NCBI GenBank assembly: GCA_044236455.1
Contig: JBIIGJ010000001.1
Location: 19,888-83,887, forward strand
Length of the DNA: 64,000 nucleotides
Reading direction: 5' to 3'
Origin: Pirellulales bacterium
GTDB taxonomy: Bacteria > Planctomycetota > Planctomycetia > Pirellulales > UBA1268
The first letter of the stretch is position 1. Each line of letters begins with the position of its first letter. The notes beneath the pieces are model-generated. The model had not been told where the DNA came from and did not search any database. It was given only the letters and a program-made list of their open reading frames with translations. Below are positions 36,468 to 45,105 of the stretch, in pieces. Both the position numbers and the translations under genes were made by a program.

Positions 36468-37782
36468 CGATGGAGACCTCCGGGCCGCGGGTGATGCCCC
36501 CCTTTGTCCAGTCGCAACTCCACCCCGGGAAGGCGATCTGCGGATAGGGATCGGGTTCGATCGGGGCGTCCGACTGGTGCACGATGTCGAACTGCCGGTC
36601 GGTGCGAATTCGGCCGAGCCTGAAAAAGCGGGTGCAGTGCTGGGTCTTCGGATCCAGCCGCACGGTGCCCCCCGGCCCCTCGAACTCGAGCCCTTCGCGC
36701 ATCGCCGCCCGCACGGCCTGAGTGTCGAGTGAACCGGCCCGTTCCACGGCCTCCCGCCAGAGATGCACCAGCCCCCACTGAGGCTCCAGCGGATCGCCCG
36801 TGACGCGGTCGTGGCCAAACTCGCGGCGGAAATCGGCCACCCAGCGGCGGTTTGTCTCGGTCGGCAGGCTCTGGAAATAACACGATGCCGCCAGATGCCC
36901 GGCGACGTTCTCGGGCAGCAGATTCCGAAGTTCGTCCTCGGCAATGCTCGTCGACACCACCGGCAGCTTCTCGGGATCGACTCTCGCGGCCGCCAACGCG
37001 TTGAACCAGCCGATGTTGCTGTCGCCGTTGATCGTGCTGAGCACGCACTCGGCCCCTGACGCGCGGATCAGGTTGACCACCGGCTCGAAATCCTTGTGCC
37101 CGAGCGGGAGATACATCTCGCCGGCCGGCCGCATGCCTTTCGTGGTCAGGTATTTCTTGGCCACGAAATTCGCCGTCCGTGGAAAGACGTAGTCGGAGCC
37201 CAACAGGAAGATCTTTTTCTTGCCCCCGCCCGCGGGGCTTGCCAGCCAATCGATGACCGGCAGAACCTGCTGGTTGGGCACCATGCCGCCGTACACCACG
37301 TGGGAGGACGACTCGTTGCCCTCGTACTGCACCGGGTAGAAGAGCAGGCGGTCGCGCTCTTCGAAGAGCGGCACGACTGCCTTGCGGCTCGAACTCGTCC
37401 AGCAGCCAAACACGGCCGCAGCGCCCCAGTCCAGCAGTTCGCCGGCCCGTTTCGGGTAGAGGTCGGTCCGCGACTTAGGGTCAGGCCCCCAGACCTCGAT
37501 CTGCCGGCCGAGCAGTCCCCCGGTGGCGTTGATCTGTTCGAACGCAAACAGTTCCACGTCGCGGAGCGACGTTTCGCTGATGGCCATGGTGCCGGTCTGC
37601 GAGTGGAGCAGGCCGACCCGGATCGGCTTCCGGCCGGCCGGTACGCCCGTCGGCATGCAGCCGACGAACACAAAGGGGGCAAGACCGCGTGCGGCGGCCA
37701 GCGTGGCCGCGGCACCGGCGTGCCTGCCGAAATTCCTTCGGGAAATGCGGCGAGTGAGTCCCGTCACCTGTCGTTGCCCCAT
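36454..37782 (-). CDS. periplasmic urea/short-chain-amide binding protein homolog (UrtA/AmiC/FmdD family), Tat signal
   Basis: 'SRRNFGRHAGAAATLAAA' twin-arginine leader. Family motifs are 'GTMAISETSL', 'FGCWTSSSRKAVVPLFE', 'FYPVQYEGNE', 'GSDYVFPRTAN', 'NGDSN' and 'EPDPYP'. Confidence 0.85.
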   Translation of the reverse strand: MGQRQVTGLTRRISRRNFGRHAGAAATLAAARGLAPFVFVGCMPTGVPAGRKPIRVGLLHSQTGTMAISETSLRDVELFAFEQINATGGLLGRQIEVWGPDPKSRTDLYPKRAGELLDWGAAAVFGCWTSSSRKAVVPLFEERDRLLFYPVQYEGNESSSHVVYGGMVPNQQVLPVIDWLASPAGGGKKKIFLLGSDYVFPRTANFVAKKYLTTKGMRPAGEMYLPLGHKDFEPVVNLIRASGAECVLSTINGDSNIGWFNALAAARVDPEKLPVVSTSIAEDELRNLLPENVAGHLAASCYFQSLPTETNRRWVADFRREFGHDRVTGDPLEPQWGLVHLWREAVERAGSLDTQAVRAAMREGLEFEGPGGTVRLDPKTQHCTRFFRLGRIRTDRQFDIVHQSDAPIEPDPYPQIAFPGWSCDWTKGGITRGPEVSIDGDI

Positions 37783-37785
37783 CGC

Positions 37786-38577
37786 CTACTCCTCGACCAT
37801 GTGCTTGTAGAGCGCCTCGAACGGCTCGGGAGTGACGCTCACCTCGCCCCGAAACGGATGGTCCATAGCGGCGATCAGAAAAATCATCGTGCCGAGATAG
37901 GCCGCGAGCAAGCCGCCGAGCAGCAGGTGGGTGATGAACCTCATGTCGAAGAGCCAAACCATGGCGATGTTGATGACCGCTCCCAGGATGACGACGTACC
38001 ACATCACCGGCGGGATCGCCGTGTTGACGGAAAACAGCCGCATGCGACGGTGCTCGAGGAAGGTGTTGAACTGCCGCAGCGCCTCGGCGTGCAGGATTTC
38101 CTGCGCCGGTGTCGCCGGCTGGAAGTCGAGGAGCTTCTCCTGGAAGGCTTGCACGCGGATCGAACCATCGACCGGCACGATCCCCTGCCGCTGCAGCGGC
38201 CAGGCATACTTGATCACATACCGCGTGTAGTCGCGGAGGATCCAGCGGAGATTCTGGCCATAGGGATCGGGGTAGCGGGAGACGTCTTCGTAGAGCGCCG
38301 ACAGCGCCGCGGCCTCGTGGGTGACGTTCGCGCTTGTGTCGGAGGCATTCTGGTAGGCGGTGACCGCGATCAGGCCGAGGAGCAGGCCGTAGAACACGCA
38401 GAAGCACGAGAGCACGTAGCCCACGATGTCGTTGGCACCGCGGGTGTTCTTGACGAACTGCCGCAGGATGGGCCGTAGAAAGATCAGCCCCGCCCAGTAG
38501 AAGCCGACGAACACCGCGATCATCAGGATCGCGAAGGTTTCGGTCGGCAGATCGTAGACCCAGTAAAAGTTCTGCAT
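37786..38577 (-). CDS. DUF4239 domain membrane protein
   Basis: TM helices lie at both ends, with a central 'EAAALSALYEDVSRYP..' region typical of DUF4239. Start at ATG 38577 (MQNFYWVY). Confidence 0.75.
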   Translation of the reverse strand: MQNFYWVYDLPTETFAILMIAVFVGFYWAGLIFLRPILRQFVKNTRGANDIVGYVLSCFCVFYGLLLGLIAVTAYQNASDTSANVTHEAAALSALYEDVSRYPDPYGQNLRWILRDYTRYVIKYAWPLQRQGIVPVDGSIRVQAFQEKLLDFQPATPAQEILHAEALRQFNTFLEHRRMRLFSVNTAIPPVMWYVVILGAVINIAMVWLFDMRFITHLLLGGLLAAYLGTMIFLIAAMDHPFRGEVSVTPEPFEALYKHMVEE

Positions 38578-38658
38578 GGTTCCGTGCCGGGGCGACGCCG
38601 CGGCGGCCGCCGCCAGCGTGGGACCGATGCTACCAACGGGATTTTGCCGCTGCACGTG

Positions 38659-39216
38659 TCACTCGACGGCCTCTCCGTCCAGGGCGTAGATCGCCAGGTG
38701 CCGGCCGTCCGGCCCCCGCAGTTCCTCCACCCGGAAGGTACCGGTCACGGCCACCGGCCGGATCGAAAAAGAGGCTGTTTTTCCGGGGATCATGCGGACC
38801 ACAACGCAGTCGTGGAGCAGGGCGCCGGGCCCGAAACAGCACTCCATGTTGTCGCGGACGAGCACGAACTGGGTCAGGCCGGTCTGCTGGAAGCTCGGCA
38901 GGATGTAGCCGCGGATCCGCACGCGGCTGGTTTCGAGGGCGGTCACTCGCTTCGGCAGCAGGTCACGGGAGAACGGGTCCCCCTTCTTGAGGTCGAGTTT
39001 GATGTCATCAAACGAGATGTCGCGGAGGGCGGCCGGAGACGCCTTCGCGGCCGTGGCTGGTGGCGCCGGCTGGGGCTCGGCGGCAGGCGTGCCGGCAGGC
39101 GACGGCCGTACCTCGGCAGGAGTTCCGCACCCGACCAAGCAGCAGGCCATCACGACGAGGCAGAACCGTTGCTGGCGGTGCGCAGGCAAAACCGCGACGC
39201 TATCTCGCAAAGGCAT
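38659..39216 (-). CDS. DUF3299-like lipoprotein
   Basis: Lipobox 'CCLVGC'. The C-terminal 'VRIRGYILPSFQQTGLTQFVLVRDNMECCFGPG' resembles the DUF3299 'GF.vP....EFLLVP..gaC.H.P' core. Confidence 0.7.
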   Translation of the reverse strand: MPLRDSVAVLPAHRQQRFCLVVMACCLVGCGTPAEVRPSPAGTPAAEPQPAPPATAAKASPAALRDISFDDIKLDLKKGDPFSRDLLPKRVTALETSRVRIRGYILPSFQQTGLTQFVLVRDNMECCFGPGALLHDCVVVRMIPGKTASFSIRPVAVTGTFRVEELRGPDGRHLAIYALDGEAVE

Positions 39217-39901
39217 CCTCGAGGTGGTAGAGCACGCCGCCATCCAGGCCGGGCGCGCCCATGGGGCGGATGACGAACCTGCCAGCGATCTTGATAAGCC
39301 GGGGCGAGAAATCGATTCCGGTGGGATAGCCTGGGTCCTTCAACTGCACGAGCACTCGATCGGTGATCTTGGGATTGCCACCGAAGCAGCAGTCGCCCTG
39401 GTCGCGCACGAGCAGGAATTGCGTGATGCCCCGTTGCTGCTTGCCCGGATACATGTATCCCTTCAGCAACACGTTGCGGCCGTCCATCGCGCGGGCGGTG
39501 TCGGGCACCGTGCCGGCCGGATCGCCAAGCAGTGGCTGGAGCATGCCGTAGTTGAGCCGTTCGTAGCCTGCCGGCAGTTCCGCGATGTAGGCCCGCGAGA
39601 GGGTCACGAGGCCGCCGACGAGCGACAGCGATGAGACCACGATCGCCCCGATCGCCAGCGGACGCCCGGTGAACTCGTCGGCCCGCTGGGAAATCGTGCG
39701 GTAGGCCAGGCCGCCGAGCACCATGCCCAGGATCGGCACGGCGGCCAGCGACCAGTCGAGAAATGCCAGAGGCGACAGGAGAGCCAACACTGCGGCGGCG
39801 ATCGCGGTGCCGGCAACGGCGCGGTAGCGGCCTTCCACGTCCTGACCATCGGTGCGGTCGGGCGGTTCCTGTCCGGCGGTATCGAAGAGACCTGCTGGCA
39901 T
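39200..39901 (-). CDS. membrane-anchored DUF3299-like protein (paralog of 38659-39216)
   Basis: Two N-terminal TM helices, then 'VLLKGYMYPGKQQRGITQFLLVRDQGDCCFGGNP', which aligns with the neighbouring gene. Confidence 0.7.
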   Translation of the reverse strand: MPAGLFDTAGQEPPDRTDGQDVEGRYRAVAGTAIAAAVLALLSPLAFLDWSLAAVPILGMVLGGLAYRTISQRADEFTGRPLAIGAIVVSSLSLVGGLVTLSRAYIAELPAGYERLNYGMLQPLLGDPAGTVPDTARAMDGRNVLLKGYMYPGKQQRGITQFLLVRDQGDCCFGGNPKITDRVLVQLKDPGYPTGIDFSPRLIKIAGRFVIRPMGAPGLDGGVLYHLEDAFAR

Positions 39902-39914
39902 AGTGCGTGTGCTG

Positions 39915-41519
39915 TTAGCGTACGGACGGGCCCGCCGCGCCTGCCCGCAGCCTGCTCCGCGAGAAGAGTGCGATCAGCAGCACGATCACCGCCCAGATGG
40001 CCCACTTCACGACGGTGGAGGAGCGGGCTGCCGGTGTGGGGGAAGCGGCCGCGGGACGGGCCGTCGTCGGCCTCGAGGGGTCGATGCCGGGGGCATCGTC
40101 GGTGGCCTCTTCGTCCGCCAATACCGCCGGAATCCGGGCTGCGATGGCCGCCTCGTCTTCCACGGCTTCCGTTCCACCGCCGGCCGGCGTCGATGCTGCG
40201 TTGGGCGAGGTCGCGGTTCCGGGGCTGGAAGCCGTCGTCCGGGCCATCGTCGGGTCACCCGGATCGCCATCGGATGACCCGCTTGAGTCGCCCCCGGTCG
40301 TCGTGCCGCCGGGCTTGGCCCCAATCGCCCCTGCAAAGGCAGCCAGCGTGGCGGCGCGGCGGACCGCCTCCGGATCGATCTTTTCAAGTCTGGCGATGGC
40401 CTCGGCCGCCTGCGGCAGCGGGCAGGCCCGCAGGTAGTTCACGATCGGTTCACGGACGAAGATGTTGTCGGCCTCGGCCTTCTCGAAGAGTTCCACGAGC
40501 CGGTCGATCGCGGACCAGTCCTGCCAGCGGGCGAGATCCGCGATCACCAGATCGGCCAGCTTTGGCTCCTCCAACAGCAGCCGCAGCGACTTAAGCACGC
40601 GGTCCTTCGGCACGCTCTCCGACTCCTCGCCGAGAAACCGCAGCGCCATGACCGCGGCGTAGGTTTCGGTGAATGGGATATCGCGGCCGCGCCGGTTCAG
40701 GAACAGCTCGTCGACCAGGTCGAGCCCTTCAGGACCGCGCAGCGTCACATAGCAGGCGATCAGGGCATCCAGGCCGCTACGGACTTCCGCCTTCTCCGGT
40801 CCGAGGCCCCGGTTGGCAAGGATGCCGCCGATGCGGTCGGCGTCGGTTTTTGTGCCGCAGGCACCGAGCATGGTGGCATAGAGCCGCCGCCGGTTGGCCT
40901 GTACCTTGGGATTCTCGATCCACTCCAGCAGCTGCGTGGGATCCATCCGGTCGGCGAGGCCGCGGACGTCGGCATAAGGCGCAACGGCGAACTCGTCATA
41001 CGCATCGCGGGCCAGCGTCTCATCGGGGTCTTCCAGGTGCCGTTGGAAGAACGCCAGGCGGTCGGGCCCTTTGTCCGGAAGCGAGGACAGCTTCTTGAGA
41101 TAGTCGACAGCCCGCTCGCTCACCGGGATCGGGCTCGACCAGACGAGCTTCGGCGGCTCGATGCCCATCAGCAGGAAGAGCGTGCCCACCGGCTTCTCCT
41201 CCAGGAGAATCGTCTCGATGGGCGTGCCGTCCGCCCCGGCGTGCCCGGCCTCCGCGATGAGGTCGGCGCCCTTGAGCACCTCGACGACGGCGAACTTCCC
41301 CTTCGGCAACGGACCCTCGGCGCGGGGCGAGAGGGCTCCCGCCGGCGGAGGTTCCACGAGCCGGACGATCGCGGCCACCTGGCTCTGGGCGATCTCCTGC
41401 GCGAAGGTGAGCGACACGGCCGAACAGAACGGACAGGCCGATGCCGGTCGGGGCTGGCCGACGAGCAAGCCCAAGCCGAGCATGAGCAGGATCACACGGT
41501 CGACACACGAGGTTCTCAT
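39915..41519 (-). CDS. secreted/anchored protein of unknown family, predicted mature N-terminus CPFC (paralog B) with low-complexity linker and C-terminal TM helix
   Basis: 'MRTSCVDRVILLMLGLGLLVGQPRPASA|CPFCS', then a conserved body ending '..YLRACPLPQAAEAIARL', a Gly/Ser/Thr/Pro/Asp linker, and 'VVKWAIWAVIVLLIALF'. Start at ATG 41519. Confidence 0.8.
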   Translation of the reverse strand: MRTSCVDRVILLMLGLGLLVGQPRPASACPFCSAVSLTFAQEIAQSQVAAIVRLVEPPPAGALSPRAEGPLPKGKFAVVEVLKGADLIAEAGHAGADGTPIETILLEEKPVGTLFLLMGIEPPKLVWSSPIPVSERAVDYLKKLSSLPDKGPDRLAFFQRHLEDPDETLARDAYDEFAVAPYADVRGLADRMDPTQLLEWIENPKVQANRRRLYATMLGACGTKTDADRIGGILANRGLGPEKAEVRSGLDALIACYVTLRGPEGLDLVDELFLNRRGRDIPFTETYAAVMALRFLGEESESVPKDRVLKSLRLLLEEPKLADLVIADLARWQDWSAIDRLVELFEKAEADNIFVREPIVNYLRACPLPQAAEAIARLEKIDPEAVRRAATLAAFAGAIGAKPGGTTTGGDSSGSSDGDPGDPTMARTTASSPGTATSPNAASTPAGGGTEAVEDEAAIAARIPAVLADEEATDDAPGIDPSRPTTARPAAASPTPAARSSTVVKWAIWAVIVLLIALFSRSRLRAGAAGPSVR

Positions 41520-41642
41520 GGCCCCTAGTCTAGCCGGAAACGTCGCGGCCACGCACCGCCGGGCGGTGAATGGCACCGGCCGCGGGGTGGGAGCCGGGGC
41601 CAGTCCCATCGCTGGCGCTCCGCACGTGTCTGCGCACGAAAG

Positions 41643-41662
41643 CCCCCGGCGTAAGCCGGGGG
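41643..41662 (-). terminator. GC-rich hairpin 22 nt downstream of the ABC permease stop (terminator or attenuator candidate)
   Basis: cccccggc-gtaa-gccggggg is a perfect 8-bp stem. On the minus strand it is followed by CTTTCGTG, a weak U tract. Confidence 0.4.
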
Positions 41663-41683
41663 ACAAGCTCCGCACGCACGGTG

Positions 41684-43009
41684 TCACGACGACAGCCACT
41701 TGGCGACGTCGGTGCGGTAGGCGGCCAGGGCGGGAAGAAGGGCCGCCAGGATGGCCAGCACCACCAGGAACGGCACAAGGAGCAGTTCCGCCCCCGGCGC
41801 CGCCGAGAAGATGCTCGCCGAGACGCCGGCGTTGGTCGTGATCAGCGGGGCGATGGCCCCCACGAGCAGGTGCCCGAGCAACCACCCGGCCAGCCCGCCG
41901 CCGACGGCCAGCAGCACCGCCTCGATGAGCACGACCGCCAACACGTGCGACCTTCTGGCGCCCAGCGCCCGCATGATCGCGACGTCGCGGCTGCGCTCCA
42001 GCGACGAGCCCACCATGCTCACCAGGATGCCGATGGCGGAGACGAGCACCACCAGTGCCGTGATCAACAGCAGCAGCAGTTCCAGCGGCCGCACGAAAAG
42101 GTCGAGCAGTTGACGGATCTCGGCGATCGGCAGGGCGGCCTGTCCGTCACGGCCCTCGTTGATCGCGGTCCGCAGACCCATGGCCGTCAATTCCGGAGGC
42201 AATCCCGGCAAGGAGGCCGTGTCGAGCAACAGCGCAGTCACCTCCCGCTGCGCGAAGGGAAGCGGTGTGGGCGTGTTGCCTCCGTCCGATGGCGGTTCCT
42301 CTTTCCGCTCGTCGCTCTCCGCTCCCTCCACCGGCTTCGCGTGGCCGTCCTGCAGATAAAAGCCTTCCATGTTGACGAACACGCCGCGGTCGACGGGCGT
42401 GTCGGTCCGCGCGAGGATGCCGGTCACCATGAAGGGGTCGTGCACCTTGCCGTCGTCGGCGCCGTGCGTGGGCGCGAACGGATCGCCCACCTTGAGCCCG
42501 AGTGTGGCGGCCACCGTCGCTCCCAGCACGCCGCCGAAAAACTCGTCGTTACGAAAGTTCCGCCCGGCTGCGAACGCAAACGGCCGCCCGTCGCCGACCG
42601 TGAGCCGGTCGAAATAGGCCGTGTTCGTGCCGATCACGCGAAACCCGCGGAAGTAGTCCCCCATGCAGATTGGCACGGCGGTCTTCGTGCTGGCGGCGAA
42701 CGTGCCGTCCACGCCATCGGGCCGCTCGGCCGCGGGCAGAAACTGCTGGTAGAAGTCCCAGGAAATGTTCTCGATCGGCTTGCTGATCAGGTAGACGCTG
42801 TTGAGCACCAGCTGCAGCGGGCTCCCCTTCGCGCCGACGATCATGTTGTAGCCCAGGCCGGAGCCCGACTCAAAAGCCTGCTTCACGATGCCGCCGGTCA
42901 CGAGTGTGGCCACCACCAGCGCGACGCCGAGTGCCAGCGACAAAGCGGTGAGCAGGCTGGTGAGCAGCCGTTGGCGGATGTTCCGCCAGGCGATGCCGAG
43001 GAGGGTCAT
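41684..43009 (-). CDS. ABC transporter permease, FtsX/MacB type
   Basis: 'IAWRNIRQRLLTSLLTALSLALGVALV', a large periplasmic loop, and a C-terminal FtsX domain ('RSRDVAIMRALGARRSHV'). 4 TM helices. Confidence 0.9.
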   Translation of the reverse strand: MTLLGIAWRNIRQRLLTSLLTALSLALGVALVVATLVTGGIVKQAFESGSGLGYNMIVGAKGSPLQLVLNSVYLISKPIENISWDFYQQFLPAAERPDGVDGTFAASTKTAVPICMGDYFRGFRVIGTNTAYFDRLTVGDGRPFAFAAGRNFRNDEFFGGVLGATVAATLGLKVGDPFAPTHGADDGKVHDPFMVTGILARTDTPVDRGVFVNMEGFYLQDGHAKPVEGAESDERKEEPPSDGGNTPTPLPFAQREVTALLLDTASLPGLPPELTAMGLRTAINEGRDGQAALPIAEIRQLLDLFVRPLELLLLLITALVVLVSAIGILVSMVGSSLERSRDVAIMRALGARRSHVLAVVLIEAVLLAVGGGLAGWLLGHLLVGAIAPLITTNAGVSASIFSAAPGAELLLVPFLVVLAILAALLPALAAYRTDVAKWLSS

Positions 43010-43695
43010 GGGTGATGCACCGTGGCTGCGCGGTTGAAGTCTTCGAGCCGCACGCGGCGCGGGAACTGCCCGGCCACGTCCGCGGCGTGCGTCACGATCA
43101 GGAGTGCGACGCCCTGCTCTGCACAGGTGTTTCGCAAGAGGTCGATCACCTGCTGTTGATGGGCGGGATCGATGCTCGCCGTTGGCTCATCGGCGAGCAC
43201 CGCCCGGGGCCTGTTGGCGAGGGCCCGGGCCACGGCCACCCGCTGTTGCTGGCCCACGCTCAGCTCAGCCGGCTTGTGAGCGAGCCTGTGCCCGAGCCCC
43301 ACCGCGTCGAGCAGTCGCACGGCCCGGTCGCGGTCGGGGCGGCCCGATCCGAACGACATGGCCACGAGCACGTTCTCGAGCGCCGTGAAACCGGGCAGCA
43401 GATTGAACTGCTGGAAGACGAGGCCGAGTTTGTCGGCCCGCATGCGGTCGCGGCGGGCCTCGTCGAGCCGGGCGATGTCGATGCCGTCGACGATCACGCG
43501 GCCGGCATCGGGCCGCATGATCCCGGAGATGACGTTGAGCAGCGTCGACTTCCCGGAGCCGCTGCGGCCCTCCAGGGCGCAGTGCTCGGCGTCGGCGAGT
43601 TGGAACGCGGCGATGTCGAGGATCGGCACCTGCTCGCCGCCCGGCATCGTGAACGACTTGCGGACGTCGTGGAGTTCGAGAACGGGTGTAGCCAT
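43006..43695 (-). CDS. ABC transporter ATP-binding protein (MacB/LolD-like)
   Basis: Walker A 'GRSGSGKST', signature 'LSVGQQQR' and Walker B 'VLADEPT'. Its stop overlaps the permease start (ATGA). Confidence 0.9.
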   Translation of the reverse strand: MATPVLELHDVRKSFTMPGGEQVPILDIAAFQLADAEHCALEGRSGSGKSTLLNVISGIMRPDAGRVIVDGIDIARLDEARRDRMRADKLGLVFQQFNLLPGFTALENVLVAMSFGSGRPDRDRAVRLLDAVGLGHRLAHKPAELSVGQQQRVAVARALANRPRAVLADEPTASIDPAHQQQVIDLLRNTCAEQGVALLIVTHAADVAGQFPRRVRLEDFNRAATVHHP

Positions 43696-43757
43696 GGACA
43701 CAATCGTAGCCGTTGGGGGCGGTCGGTGGTCAAAAACCGATGTTTTCGCGGGCGGAT

Positions 43758-43787
43758 TGAGCGGCTGCCGCAGGGCGGTGTATATTC
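43758..43787 (+). promoter_or_regulatory. candidate sigma70-type promoter for gap
   Basis: TTGAGC (43758-43763), 18-nt spacer, TATATT (43782-43787). Pattern match only. Confidence 0.3.
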
Positions 43788-43880
43788 CTCCGCCCCTTGT
43801 GTCGGTCGTCCGCCCGCAGCGTTGTGGGGCGGCAGATTTTCGACGACGTCCCGCCTCAGTCACGCCTCAGGAGATTCGCC

Positions 43881-44897
<1,017 letters not shown>

Positions 44898-44918
44898 ACA
44901 AGGGGCTCTCGCTGACTG

Positions 44919-44947
44919 TGGAAAAAGCCTCCCCCAGACTTTTTCCA
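44919..44947 (+). terminator. inverted repeat downstream of gap (weak terminator candidate)
   Basis: tggaaaaag-(11 nt)-ctttttcca is a perfect 9-bp AT-rich stem, 22 nt after the gap stop. Confidence 0.3.
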
Positions 44948-45105
44948 TCAGGATGAACGAGTCCACTTGAAGCCCGTCGCTTCCGTCGCGGCTGCCTTTT
45001 CGCACGTTTTCGCAGAATGCTGCTGGCCGGCCGGTGATTTCCGGAAGGCTGTGCGAGCGCTTGACAAGCGGCAGCAGACCCCCCAAATGGGTGTATAGTG
45101 GGGGT

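Noticed and set aside
41430-41450. Lipoprotein (lipobox) reading of 'PASAC' / 'PAEAC' in the two CPFC proteins.
   Set aside because: Positions -3/-2 (A-S and A-E) fit the AxA signal peptidase I rule better than the L-[AS]-[GA]-C lipobox. This is still worth checking with LipoP.
43734-43747. Zur/Fur-type operator in the ABC-ATPase/gap divergent region (AAAACcgatGTTTT).
   Set aside because: It is only a 5-bp inverted repeat with a 4-nt spacer, too short and unlike the consensus boxes I remember. It is mentioned for anyone testing metal regulation of the cluster.
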